Below, one piece after another: positions 52,671-62,539 of a DNA stretch of 64,000 bases. Origin of the DNA: a virus. Lineage: Duplodnaviria; Heunggongvirae; Uroviricota; Caudoviricetes. The stretch spans positions 39,886 to 103,885 of IMG/VR virus record IMGVR_UViG_3300042900_000713, one strand, 5' to 3'. Position numbers and translations under genes: made by a program. The notes beneath the pieces are model-generated. The model worked only from the letters and a program-made list of their open reading frames with translations. It made no database searches and was not told the DNA's origin. Each line of letters opens with the position of its first letter. Position 1 is the stretch's first letter.

Positions 52671-53238
52671 AATAATCTAAGTCCTCGGTGTAACGCTTCA
52701 ATATAGTAATACATAATTCGTTGTAGAACTCCATATTCTCACTCAGTTGTTCGGGTGAACTGTCAAAATCATTCGTGAGTAATTCAATAGTTCGTTGAGA
52801 AGGAATATCTGCAAACAGAAGAGTTAAACCTGCAACAATATAAGAAGCAGTATGATGCCCCGGAGAAATATTAGGCATCCCAATGATCTCATCAAATGGT
52901 TTGGGTTCAATTTCCTCATATTGAGGCATGTTCTCACTATACCAGGAAATTGCCCCCATACCACACATATAGACACAACCTTTGAGAAGATAGTCCTGTG
53001 CTTCCGCAGTCATTGTAGAAAGGTATTCTCTCTTTGGAACTTCACCTTTCTTGAGTGCTTCAGTAACTTCATCAGGAGTATCATCAAACTCGTGATCCTC
53101 ATGAAGAATATTTGAAAGGTCATGTCGTTTAATTAAGCACTCAAAAAATTGGAGTGAAAATTCAGTGGTCTCTTCAGTTTCTTTCTTAACTTCAGCAATA
53201 CGAGACTGAAGTGCCTTGATGTCAAATTTTTCTTCCAT
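52660..53238 (-). CDS. hypothetical protein 192 aa
   Basis: Minus ORF. Confidence 0.55.
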   Translation of the reverse strand: MEEKFDIKALQSRIAEVKKETEETTEFSLQFFECLIKRHDLSNILHEDHEFDDTPDEVTEALKKGEVPKREYLSTMTAEAQDYLLKGCVYMCGMGAISWYSENMPQYEEIEPKPFDEIIGMPNISPGHHTASYIVAGLTLLFADIPSQRTIELLTNDFDSSPEQLSENMEFYNELCITILKRYTEDLDYYGK

Positions 53239-53807
53239 TATTCAGTGAGAAATTGTTTTTCGTAGTTTAAAAGTTCTTGTGGTGTTTCTATGTAGTTACT
53301 GACAGAATCTGTTGGTTTATGATACCAGTTTCTACCGTAGTTTCGCTTCATCAGTTGAATATCTAAATGTTGATACTTTTTATCAGTAGGAACATAAATC
53401 TTGAAGTCACCTTTTTGATTTGATGTCAGTAATGAGAGTTGGCGATTCTCTTCTGAGGTGATATCAACAGTTGTACATGCAATGTAAAAGAGTTTCTTAA
53501 ATTGATCATATTCATTCAAGTAAATCTCTGAGTGATCCATAATCATTCTTCCCATAAATTGAGGAGAATAGCAATGATCTTTACAGAGTGGCCATTTGGA
53601 ATCCTCTTGTTTTTTCTGAAGAGCAGTGAGTGTAATGTACCCTGAAGGAATGGAGAGAGCGTGTACTAGATCGTAATAAGGTCTTGTAACTCCTCGTAGT
53701 ACGTCTTTGTCGTTTAGTTTTGACCTCCATAGATCTAGATTTGATGTGAGTGCATTGAACGCAATGAGACAGTAAGTATCAATACGATATTGAGTTGTAG
53801 GTTTCAT
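53238..53807 (-). CDS. hypothetical protein 189 aa
   Basis: Coupled. Confidence 0.55.
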   Translation of the reverse strand: MKPTTQYRIDTYCLIAFNALTSNLDLWRSKLNDKDVLRGVTRPYYDLVHALSIPSGYITLTALQKKQEDSKWPLCKDHCYSPQFMGRMIMDHSEIYLNEYDQFKKLFYIACTTVDITSEENRQLSLLTSNQKGDFKIYVPTDKKYQHLDIQLMKRNYGRNWYHKPTDSVSNYIETPQELLNYEKQFLTE

Positions 53808-53810
53808 GAA

Positions 53811-55169
53811 TTACTTTTTGATTACGTCAGCAACGAAGTTACCCTTTACAAATACCTCGTCAACCACATTCTGCACACGGCGAGCAGTTGCAATGCCAAC
53901 TTTGTTATTGTACACGGGAATGACCACTTTGCCAAATGGTTTGATGTAGTTAGAGAAATCACCTGGTTCCAGTTCACCAGACTTCATACGGGCAGTATCA
54001 TCAGGATTCACCCGAATGCAACGACCAATGCTCTGAACAGTAGAGATAAAGTTTTGTTGACGAAGAAAGATACAAGACTGAATACCAGGAACACTGATAC
54101 CCTCGGTGAGAATACCAATATGTAGAACAACAAACTTACGATTGGAGTCAGCACCATACTCACTCAACGTATCCAGAAACTCAGTACGTGAAACCTTACG
54201 CTTACCCACATATGCTCCCAACTTGGAGGTAATATGCAGAACTTCATAACCATTGTCGTGCATTTCCTCCATAAAGGAAGTTTCAGAGAGCATCTTTATC
54301 ATTACTTTGGTGTTCGGTGCCACCACCAGAACCTTGTTCATATCATCATCATTAAAAATAGTATCACATAGAGTGTAGAAGTCACGTTCGTGTGCAGTTT
54401 CTTTGTCACGGAATGAACCAACTTCCGTCACCGCAACCACAGGAGGAAGAATACTACCATTGAGAAGCAGTTCAGGTGCCTTGACATTATGAATCTTGGA
54501 ACCAAATACCTCAGCATTATTGTTACCGGGTTTTGATGCAACTTGACTGAACTTAGGAGTTGCAGTGAGAGAATAGAAGTTCTTTGCAGTCTTACTGATT
54601 GCCTCTACAGCATCAAAGAACTTACCATTTACGGCATTATGACATTCATCCAAGTAAACAACATCAATGTCCAGTTCTGCTTTTACAATTTTATCCAGAG
54701 AATGATAAGTGGTAAAGATGAGTTTGTGACCTTCTGTCTTCTCATGCCAGTAAGCAAGTTCTAGAAAGTCAGTGATACGAGTGTGCTTGGTTTCACCACT
54801 ATGAATGTGGGCGATAGAAGCATTATCAATAAACTTCTCAAACTCTTCGCTGAGTTGCTGGCAAAGAACTAGTTTCGGAGCAACCACTAGAATGGTCTGG
54901 TTACTTTCACCTTCGGTGAAACGATGCTTCGCATCGGCAATAATCATAATAGTTTTACCCGCACTAGTAGGAGCGACTGTAAGCATCCTAGAGTGCTGTC
55001 GCATCAGTCCAAAGACTTCTTGCTGGTGAGGACGCAAATCAAACATGGGTAGTTTCCTTGTGTACGAGATCATTATAGCAGTAAAAAAGTCCACTAGGAG
55101 GTTCCCAGTGGACGGTTTCTTAAGTGGTTCAGAGGCTTTAGAGATACAATTGTTTCTCAAAAGGAACAA
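53811..55169 (-). CDS. superfamily 2 DEAD/DEAH-box helicase (ResIII-like)
   Basis: Motif I APTSAGKT, motif II LDECH, motif III-like SLTATP; ATG after E40 terminator/TATAAT. Confidence 0.75.
   Translation of the reverse strand: MFLLRNNCISKASEPLKKPSTGNLLVDFFTAIMISYTRKLPMFDLRPHQQEVFGLMRQHSRMLTVAPTSAGKTIMIIADAKHRFTEGESNQTILVVAPKLVLCQQLSEEFEKFIDNASIAHIHSGETKHTRITDFLELAYWHEKTEGHKLIFTTYHSLDKIVKAELDIDVVYLDECHNAVNGKFFDAVEAISKTAKNFYSLTATPKFSQVASKPGNNNAEVFGSKIHNVKAPELLLNGSILPPVVAVTEVGSFRDKETAHERDFYTLCDTIFNDDDMNKVLVVAPNTKVMIKMLSETSFMEEMHDNGYEVLHITSKLGAYVGKRKVSRTEFLDTLSEYGADSNRKFVVLHIGILTEGISVPGIQSCIFLRQQNFISTVQSIGRCIRVNPDDTARMKSGELEPGDFSNYIKPFGKVVIPVYNNKVGIATARRVQNVVDEVFVKGNFVADVIKK
55050..55120 (-). 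terminator. E40: box variant + terminator hairpin + T6 + TATAAT
   Basis: Minus: GTCCACTgggaacctcctAGTGGACTTTTTTACTGCTATAATG. Confidence 0.6.
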
Positions 55170-55187
55170 ACCTATTCTACACAGTTT

Positions 55188-55613
55188 TTATAGGGTTGTC
55201 AAGTAATTTAAATATTCTTGATAAAGTTCATTTTCTCTTTTATATGCTGCTATTTCATGTGATTGTTGATAATACTCCAAATCTTCCATACACTCACCCA
55301 TATAATACCTTTTGGAGGACTTGAGTTTCAGTTCCCCCTTTACCCACTGTAGAATATGTTCACACTCATGTAAAAGTGTTTTCACATAGGTTTCCTTATC
55401 CAAGTGTGTATCCAGTTCTATTAGGAAACTTCTTGGACGATATGATCCTTCAGCAATATCACAATATCCATAAGCACCGTCTTTTTTCAAACTTCGGTGA
55501 AGAACTTCAATATCCAGTTTGTGTCGAGGAAGATACTCAGACACAAACCAACACACTACTTTTTTGCAAAGACGCTTGGAATAACCGTATCCAGTGGTTT
55601 GTAGAAAAATCAT
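55188..55613 (-). CDS. small HExxH protein (possible zinc metallopeptidase fold)
   Basis: LLHECEHILQW; ATG after E41 hairpin/TATAGT. Confidence 0.45.
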   Translation of the reverse strand: MIFLQTTGYGYSKRLCKKVVCWFVSEYLPRHKLDIEVLHRSLKKDGAYGYCDIAEGSYRPRSFLIELDTHLDKETYVKTLLHECEHILQWVKGELKLKSSKRYYMGECMEDLEYYQQSHEIAAYKRENELYQEYLNYLTTL

Positions 55614-55734
55614 TTAGAAAGAATTGAGAATGGTGTAGGTAACACGAGTTCCCCAGTTCATAAGAATCATAAAGGATCCTACGAAAAGCAGTCTCTCAAG
55701 GGTTGAAAAGGTCATCAGGTCTCTTGGGTTGCTC

Positions 55735-55798
55735 ACATACTATAAAGCACCTTGCAGGTGATCCTGAAGGTGCTTGTGACGGTTTGTGGAGTGGTTCT
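55735..55798 (-). promoter_or_regulatory. E41: box variant + hairpin + TATAGT
   Basis: Minus: GCACCTTcaggatcacctgcAAGGTGCTTTATAGTATG. Confidence 0.5.
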
Positions 55799-57041
55799 AG
55801 ATCTCTACAGGTCCTGGGTATCTTGGTCCATCTTTAAGAGCAACTAGGTGAGTATTGACTACAGCAATCTTGGTTCCCTCCCACCAACTAGTTTCTAGTC
55901 TCATAGATGAAAACCTTATATCAGTATTACGAATGAACACTGCTTTGTTTTTATTTGTATAATATGGGAAACTATCTTCATTCCAAAAAGATATATGAGT
56001 TGGATCACACCAAGCACCATTACCTTCTGTAGATGGGACTTCAATAAATGCCCACCCTCCAGGTGCTAGAACACGATGTATCTCCCTCATAGTTTTAATA
56101 GGATCTCTTAAGTGCTCAATCACATGAGAAGCATTGAGTACTCCAACACTATTATCTTCTAAAGGAATACCATCGTTTAAATTGCAAGTAATATCTCCAT
56201 CTTCTTGATCTATAGTGGTATATCCTTCTTTAGGGAATAAACCGCCACCCATATCAATTTTTAATAGTCCTTTATCATCAGCATCCTTTTCCGCAAGTCG
56301 TTGTGCATACTGATTATGGAGTTCTTTAGTTTTAATTTGAATTGCTTCATTTCTTTCTAGGAAACTATTATCTCCAGTAATTCTGTAAATATAAAGAACT
56401 TTAGGAATATGATAAAAATTAGTTTCAAGATAAGTTTTTATCATCAATTCATGGTCATCACATATAGAAAGTTCTACATTATGCCCACCAATTTGATGAT
56501 AAACATCCCTTTTCCATGCTCTTACATGATCTGGAGCATACCAAATATAAGAAAGTGAGTGACTAGATGGTTCAAAAGAATTCATCGCAATCAGTTTCTT
56601 ACCATTCCAGTCATAATTCGTATAAGTCCAACCAAATACGGGACCATAGGGAACAAACTTATCTTCCATATGATAAGTTGCATTATTACTATAAACAAAA
56701 CCACACTCTGGATTATTTTCAAATGCTATTTCAAGTTCGTTTAAGCAATCTGGAGTAAGAATGTCGTCATGGTCAACTTCAACAAGAACATCTCCAGTTC
56801 CTAATGAGAATGCTTTATTTTTTACATATCCGATGTTAGTATTGTTTTCTTTGTCTTCGAAGATTTTTACTTTGCTATCTTTTGTGATTTTTTGCGAAAG
56901 TTGATTTTTAGTTAAAGATCCATTTAAATAAAGAATCCATTCCCAGTCATCGTGAGTTTGTTTTGTGATGCTCTCATAGAGTTCATCAAGATAAGAATGT
57001 TGTTTATGTGAAGGCGTAATAATACTAAATTTCATTTTCAA
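55797..57041 (-). CDS. bifunctional glycosyltransferase family 2 / class I SAM-methyltransferase
   Basis: N-terminus FSIITPSHK…, VEVDHDD (DxD); C-terminus LEDNSVGVLNASHVIEHLRDP…VLAPGGWAFIEV (Methyltransf_11-like). Confidence 0.7.
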   Translation of the reverse strand: MKMKFSIITPSHKQHSYLDELYESITKQTHDDWEWILYLNGSLTKNQLSQKITKDSKVKIFEDKENNTNIGYVKNKAFSLGTGDVLVEVDHDDILTPDCLNELEIAFENNPECGFVYSNNATYHMEDKFVPYGPVFGWTYTNYDWNGKKLIAMNSFEPSSHSLSYIWYAPDHVRAWKRDVYHQIGGHNVELSICDDHELMIKTYLETNFYHIPKVLYIYRITGDNSFLERNEAIQIKTKELHNQYAQRLAEKDADDKGLLKIDMGGGLFPKEGYTTIDQEDGDITCNLNDGIPLEDNSVGVLNASHVIEHLRDPIKTMREIHRVLAPGGWAFIEVPSTEGNGAWCDPTHISFWNEDSFPYYTNKNKAVFIRNTDIRFSSMRLETSWWEGTKIAVVNTHLVALKDGPRYPGPVEI

Positions 57042-59860
57042 TCAAAGAAGAATAAGTGAAATAATCTTGAGTTAGTTAGGTCTGTTCCAAAGTATTCATT
57101 TGCAGAGTGAATACATTTTGCATCAAAAAGAACCAGACGATTAAAAACATTGCCAGCGGTGTCTACAAGTTGAAATTTGGTCTTATCATAATAACCACCT
57201 TCAAAAACATTAGTATCTTTAAAATCATTTTCATTTCTTAATTTTGTATCTTTATGAGCATACAAAGAAGTCCCACAAGAGAATGGTGCATCAGGAGTTA
57301 GATATACCATACCGGCAAGTGTTTGTCCATCGCAGTGATACACTAGAGAATCTTCTGCTGTGCAATACTGAAATCTACCACACATTCCGTGAGTTTCAGT
57401 CCAGTTTGTAATCTTTTTCCCTATAATTTTCTCAAATGCTTCCTTCGTTCCTGGGGCAATATACTGTTGATTTGAACGACTGCCTTTATAGTAATTAAGA
57501 TTTGGTTCAAATTCTTGTTGAAGAGCAAATTCTCTTACAGCATATGGGTCAGCATAAAAATCATCTACAATCCAAAGTCTCGGTTTGGTTGTTGTATTAA
57601 TAGTGAATGAGTTAATAGTTTTTTCTTCACTGACCTTTAACAGAGCATAGTTATGAAGATTTTGTGGGCAATCCCCACTATCTTGATAGATGTTGGTATC
57701 AATTAAGAAGTAATAATCTGGAAATGGAAGTTTTCTTTCCGGATCTACGAGTCTTGTTGTTTGCTCCAGCATCTTATCATACTGCTTTAGTTCATCATAA
57801 GTTTGAGCAAGATATACAATGTGCTCATTTCTTACTGGGCAGTATTTTTCTGCTTTATGAAACCATTCTATTGCTTTCTCATAATTTCCAAGATACTTAT
57901 ACCCAAGACCAATAGAGAATGTAGAGAAATAAGACATCTCGTGAATACCTTGTGCATTTACGTGCTTTAGATATTCTTCAAAGTAGAAAATAAATCTGCG
58001 GGCAAACTCTTTTGAGTGTGCTTCTTTTAAGGGATAAAAATTTCCTCCATAACAATCTTGATAAGATTTTGCAATATACCAGAAGTGATAAGTATCCGTG
58101 AGCATTGTTTCTTCACGAATCATTTTTTCTTCAAGTTTAAGTGCATCAGTAATATACTTAGTTCTTATAGTATAACTTTCCCCATCACTGGTTCCCGACA
58201 TTCTTAAACCGCGAGGAAGATTTAATCTCTCAAAGTTCTCTCCTTTATCATTATCCAGATAAATGATTTCGTGAGCGAGATCGTGTTGAAATCTCCAGGG
58301 TAGTTTTGCATTCCAAATCCAGGCACGATAGTAGATACAACCAGGATTAACTGCAGTTACATGAAAACTTTCAGTATTAGTATTATAGAAATAAGACCAA
58401 TCAAAATCTTCGTCTACTTCTAGATATTCATCACAATCCATTTTCATGATCCAATCACACCCGTGGTCATTACGAAGTGTGGTTTGAAGTAAATGGTCTC
58501 GGTTCCAACCAAAACCAACCCAACCTTCCTCAATATTATAAATGAAACCAGGAATGTTCTTATCTGCAAAAAACTCTTTTACAATATCTGGTGTTCCGTC
58601 AGTGGAACCATTATCTTGAAATACATAAAAATCAATATGTCTCCAGACACTCTCAAGCATTCTACGAATACCCTTCGCTTCATTCTTAAACATAGAAATC
58701 ATACAGATATTTGTACGGATTTCTTGCCCAGACTTGTGTGCCCGAAGAAAGTTATAGTATCCTAGATACTCGTTGAGCATTAGAACTGAACCTTGTTTCG
58801 ATGCTTCTTCCGCATAAATTCCGTCTGCTTCGTAAATATGAGCAAAACGAAGGTTCTTTGCAACACTCCAACGAACCATGTATTGTGAAGTATCAATCTG
58901 TGCAATTTTAGGAGTGTCTGTGGGTGCAGTGCGAGGTTCATCATTTGCCCAGACCTGACCCCAAGTAATGATTGAAGCATCACTGTTGAGGTGTGATTGA
59001 ATATTGCTCCACCAATTTGGATGAATTATATTATCATCATCTAAAATATAAACCCAATCATTATCACTTGGATTTAACTGATTCTTAATATATTCTAGAC
59101 CAATATTGCGATTTGGATTTCCCCAGAACCCAGTCTCTTGTGAATGAATAACAGTAGCATTTTCTACTGTGTGCTCATTCTTTACAGTATCATCAAATAC
59201 TACAACCCATTCACATTCTCTCGGAACTGAACCTACAATAAACTCAAGATTAAAAGGTCTACGAGAAGGAGTGACGATGAATACTTTTGAGTTCAATTCA
59301 ACCTCGGTCTTCTCATAAACCCAACAAGTTTCTTGTGTGGTAATTTTATTTCCAAGAACTTCTTGAACTGCCTTTTCAACTCCAGGAAAATCGACATTAA
59401 GATAATCGTGCCCAGCAATTACGCCCCCTTGCTTTACTTTTGGGAGCCAAGAAATTATATCGTCTTTTACATCTTGGTATTCGTGTGAAGCATCAATAAA
59501 AACAAAGTCTAATGAGTTGTCTTCAAATTGCTTGACTCCTTGTAGTGATTTTGCACGAATACCTTTATAATACTTTCTTACTGGTTCCATATTATTCAGG
59601 AAAGTATCGTAAAGATTAGAAGTGTCCATTTCATATTGTTCGTGTTCAACACTTCCTTCCCACGTATCCACACAGTATAAATCAATATCTTTTCCCGAGT
59701 TTGCAATTTCTACCGCCATATAAGCAGAAGACATTCCTTTCCAAGAACCAATCTCTACAAATTTACTTCCAGATGAAAATCTTTTCACCATAGAACTATA
59801 AAGTTCTGGATAATTAAACCAGACTTCACCGAATTGCGATTGGTTGTAAATGTGGTTCAT
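57038..59860 (-). CDS. 940-aa multidomain enzyme: N-terminal SAM-methyltransferase, two GT-A glycosyltransferase modules, TPR-like segment, C-terminal 2OG-Fe(II) oxygenase-like domain
   Basis: FVEIGSWKGMSSAYMA (MTase), YILDDDN (DxD), FQDNGSTDGT (GT2), YHCDG…NRLVLFDAKCIHSA (oxygenase-like). Confidence 0.7.
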   Translation of the reverse strand: MNHIYNQSQFGEVWFNYPELYSSMVKRFSSGSKFVEIGSWKGMSSAYMAVEIANSGKDIDLYCVDTWEGSVEHEQYEMDTSNLYDTFLNNMEPVRKYYKGIRAKSLQGVKQFEDNSLDFVFIDASHEYQDVKDDIISWLPKVKQGGVIAGHDYLNVDFPGVEKAVQEVLGNKITTQETCWVYEKTEVELNSKVFIVTPSRRPFNLEFIVGSVPRECEWVVVFDDTVKNEHTVENATVIHSQETGFWGNPNRNIGLEYIKNQLNPSDNDWVYILDDDNIIHPNWWSNIQSHLNSDASIITWGQVWANDEPRTAPTDTPKIAQIDTSQYMVRWSVAKNLRFAHIYEADGIYAEEASKQGSVLMLNEYLGYYNFLRAHKSGQEIRTNICMISMFKNEAKGIRRMLESVWRHIDFYVFQDNGSTDGTPDIVKEFFADKNIPGFIYNIEEGWVGFGWNRDHLLQTTLRNDHGCDWIMKMDCDEYLEVDEDFDWSYFYNTNTESFHVTAVNPGCIYYRAWIWNAKLPWRFQHDLAHEIIYLDNDKGENFERLNLPRGLRMSGTSDGESYTIRTKYITDALKLEEKMIREETMLTDTYHFWYIAKSYQDCYGGNFYPLKEAHSKEFARRFIFYFEEYLKHVNAQGIHEMSYFSTFSIGLGYKYLGNYEKAIEWFHKAEKYCPVRNEHIVYLAQTYDELKQYDKMLEQTTRLVDPERKLPFPDYYFLIDTNIYQDSGDCPQNLHNYALLKVSEEKTINSFTINTTTKPRLWIVDDFYADPYAVREFALQQEFEPNLNYYKGSRSNQQYIAPGTKEAFEKIIGKKITNWTETHGMCGRFQYCTAEDSLVYHCDGQTLAGMVYLTPDAPFSCGTSLYAHKDTKLRNENDFKDTNVFEGGYYDKTKFQLVDTAGNVFNRLVLFDAKCIHSANEYFGTDLTNSRLFHLFFFD

Positions 59861-60549
59861 AACTTAGCTCTTTCCTCAATAAGTTTTAAAATTTCTTGAT
59901 TCAGTTCTTGCCCTTTTGATGGGGCATAAAGTGCTCTGGGTCTTGGGTCAGTTCCTTCTGGTGGATCAGTAAGATAATAAACTGCCAGACTCTTTCTATA
60001 AACTCCTTCTGGACAAGTCATTGGAGTTGCAAATCCGTGCCAGGAATTGTGAGTTGTATCAAATAAAACTGCACGATTAAAGATATTATCTACTGTAACT
60101 ATCTTTTCATCCGGTTTATTTATTAAATTATTATGAGACCAAAATTCAAGATTACCACCCCATTCTACATTCCAATTTTGAGTTGTATAAATGATAAGAT
60201 TTAATTTTCTTTGAAGTTTTAATTTAGGATGAATTGAATAATCTAGATGGACATTTAATTTACCATTTTTTCCAAGTAAATGTAACCCACCACCATGCAA
60301 TCCAATATCAGGGTATAGTGTTTTTATTCCTGTTATTTCTTTGAGTTTTTCAATAAACTCTGGAGAATTTAAATATGCAAAAGTTTTATAAGTTTCTGGT
60401 CCAAAATAATACCAGTTATTACAAGATCTTTTAACTTCCAGTTGGTTGTTATATTCAAACCACGCTGGGCAATTATATTCTGGAAATTCTTGTTCTATTC
60501 TTTTTGCTCTTTCAATATCAAAAAAATTATCTATGATATGATATTTCAT
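59857..60549 (-). CDS. 2OG-Fe(II) oxygenase-like protein
   Basis: NVHLDYSIH (HxD) and NRAVLFDTTHNSWHGF; homologous to the C-terminal domain of the 940-aa protein. Confidence 0.55.
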   Translation of the reverse strand: MKYHIIDNFFDIERAKRIEQEFPEYNCPAWFEYNNQLEVKRSCNNWYYFGPETYKTFAYLNSPEFIEKLKEITGIKTLYPDIGLHGGGLHLLGKNGKLNVHLDYSIHPKLKLQRKLNLIIYTTQNWNVEWGGNLEFWSHNNLINKPDEKIVTVDNIFNRAVLFDTTHNSWHGFATPMTCPEGVYRKSLAVYYLTDPPEGTDPRPRALYAPSKGQELNQEILKLIEERAKL

Positions 60550-60699
60550 ATATGCTCATAATCTGTTCTTGAATGTATTTATTATACGTCTCATATGCTT
60601 GTGATCTTCCTGGACCCCAAATAATTCCAATTGCTCCTGGTACTTCTTGAGCAACATAAACACTTAAAGTATCAAGCGTATTCGTCAAGGTGAGAGGGA

Positions 60700-61500
60700 T
60701 TAAATGCCGAACCGTGCTCTCATCGCCAAAAAGTTTTGTGAGATTTCTGATGCTGTGAGTGCTCTGTTGTATAATTTGTACGAATACATTATTCCATTAA
60801 AGGATCTAGCAAAGTTTGTATCCAATCCTGCTGTTATTCTTGTTAGGCTATCTCCAAATATTCTAGTTGTTGATAAAGAACTTCGTATAAAGATACCATT
60901 AATATAATATGAAAATCCATTTGTAGTTTTGATTACAACTAAATGGCATATATTTGGATAACTAGTATAATTCACCAATATTGTTGGGGCAAAATTATTG
61001 TTATGTACTCCTACTACAAATCCGTTAGTTCCAAAACAAAACTGATATCCTGCGTAGGCACTATTGTTATAATTGTAATAAGTATCACCAGATAGTCCAT
61101 TTCCAGACCTATTTCCATAATATGATGTTCCAGAAAGACTTTCAGTATAGGAGGCATATATGGTTGAGTTTGCTTTTAACCAATATTCATACGTAAGTGA
61201 ACCCTCAATTTGTGCAGTTGTTAAATTAGGAGCAATATTGGTAACATAATCATCAACCCCATCAAAACTCAAAGAACCACCATTAGACGCATTATAACCC
61301 ACACCATTCACAAGAGTTCCATTATTTCCATTACCACTCAAATCAGTCCAAGTCGTTCCAGAACCTCCATAAGAACTTGAAACTCCCGCATCCAGATTCA
61401 ATACTAATCCAGACTGAACTACTCCTTTGGTTGCAACGTGAGTTCTTCCTGTGTTTGTGAGTGCTGCCCAGTTCTTTTCAACACCACCATAAACACCCAC
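60700..61500 (-). CDS. LamG/concanavalin-A-like jellyroll domain protein (paralog 1 of 3)
   Basis: TWTDLSGNGNNGTLVNGVGYNASNGGSLSFDGVDDYV … YNRALTASEISQNF. Confidence 0.6.
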   Translation of the reverse strand: MGVYGGVEKNWAALTNTGRTHVATKGVVQSGLVLNLDAGVSSSYGGSGTTWTDLSGNGNNGTLVNGVGYNASNGGSLSFDGVDDYVTNIAPNLTTAQIEGSLTYEYWLKANSTIYASYTESLSGTSYYGNRSGNGLSGDTYYNYNNSAYAGYQFCFGTNGFVVGVHNNNFAPTILVNYTSYPNICHLVVIKTTNGFSYYINGIFIRSSLSTTRIFGDSLTRITAGLDTNFARSFNGIMYSYKLYNRALTASEISQNFLAMRARFGI

Positions 61501-61501
61501 C

Positions 61502-61756
61502 TTACATTACCTCCATAGGTGCAGACCATTCTGGAGTGTTTAAAATATCTAAAATCTCTTCATAAGTGTAATACCCCTGAATGGTTGTGAGTGCCTGTAC
61601 TGATGGTGGTGGAGTTTCTCCGTCCCACTTTACAAACGTCAAAGTTTCATCCACAGATTTTCTTACAGTCTCGGCGGAAGTTTCTAATACCTGTGAGAAA
61701 TCAATAAGATTGAGTTCTGATGTTGCAAAGATGCAAAAGTTTCTATCGTCGTACAT
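61502..61756 (-). CDS. hypothetical protein 84 aa
   Basis: Between LamG paralogs. Confidence 0.45.
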   Translation of the reverse strand: MYDDRNFCIFATSELNLIDFSQVLETSAETVRKSVDETLTFVKWDGETPPPSVQALTTIQGYYTYEEILDILNTPEWSAPMEVM

Positions 61757-61773
61757 ATTAGTTTTTTAAATAT

Positions 61774-62514
61774 TTATGTGAGACCATAACGTCCTTTAAG
61801 AGCATCATAGTTTTGTTTTACTTCTGTTGCGGAGAGTGCTCTGTTGTATATTTGGGTGTTGGAGATGTTGCCTTTAAAAATTCGTGAACCAAAAAAACTA
61901 AAACGAATTTGCGCAATAAACAAATCTCTATTGATTATATAATTAACGTTACCATTACTAGCAGTTCCCGTATATACTTGGATGCCATTTTTATATCCCA
62001 ATAACGATGTTCCATTTTTGGCATAAGTTATATTTTGCCAAACTGAAGTTGTAATTTGAATACCTTTTCCTGCGCCAATTCCACCTCCACCAGTAGGTTG
62101 AAAGGTTGCTCCGTCGTGCCAAGCAAGATAAAAATATCTGTTTGTAGTTGCATCTTCAGATTGTAACACCCATCCCTGATTAAAACTAGTAGTGGCGTGA
62201 TCAAAATCTATCATTGAAACAAGTGCAAGAGTTTGAACTGCGGGATTAACCCAAACAGATAAAGTAAAATTTTGGTTGCGAATAGTTGAGGGATTAGTTA
62301 ATGAAGTATAATCATCAACCCCATCAAAAACAAAAGACCCATAATTGCTTCCACTATATCCCACTCCATTCACAAGAGTTCCATTATTTCCATTACCACT
62401 TCTATCAAACCAAGTCAGTCCAGATTTTGGATAAGACCTTGCATTTGCCGCATCAAGATATAAGACTAATCCTGATGTTACTCCCAGTGGTTCTTTTGCT
62501 CCGTGCATTAACAT
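61774..62514 (-). CDS. LamG-like domain protein (paralog 2)
   Basis: LTWFDRSGNGNNGTLVNGVGYSGSNYGSFVFDGVDDYT … YNRALSATEVKQNY. Confidence 0.6.
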   Translation of the reverse strand: MLMHGAKEPLGVTSGLVLYLDAANARSYPKSGLTWFDRSGNGNNGTLVNGVGYSGSNYGSFVFDGVDDYTSLTNPSTIRNQNFTLSVWVNPAVQTLALVSMIDFDHATTSFNQGWVLQSEDATTNRYFYLAWHDGATFQPTGGGGIGAGKGIQITTSVWQNITYAKNGTSLLGYKNGIQVYTGTASNGNVNYIINRDLFIAQIRFSFFGSRIFKGNISNTQIYNRALSATEVKQNYDALKGRYGLT

Positions 62515-62539
62515 TTTTTATTTCCTCTTCTTTTTATAT

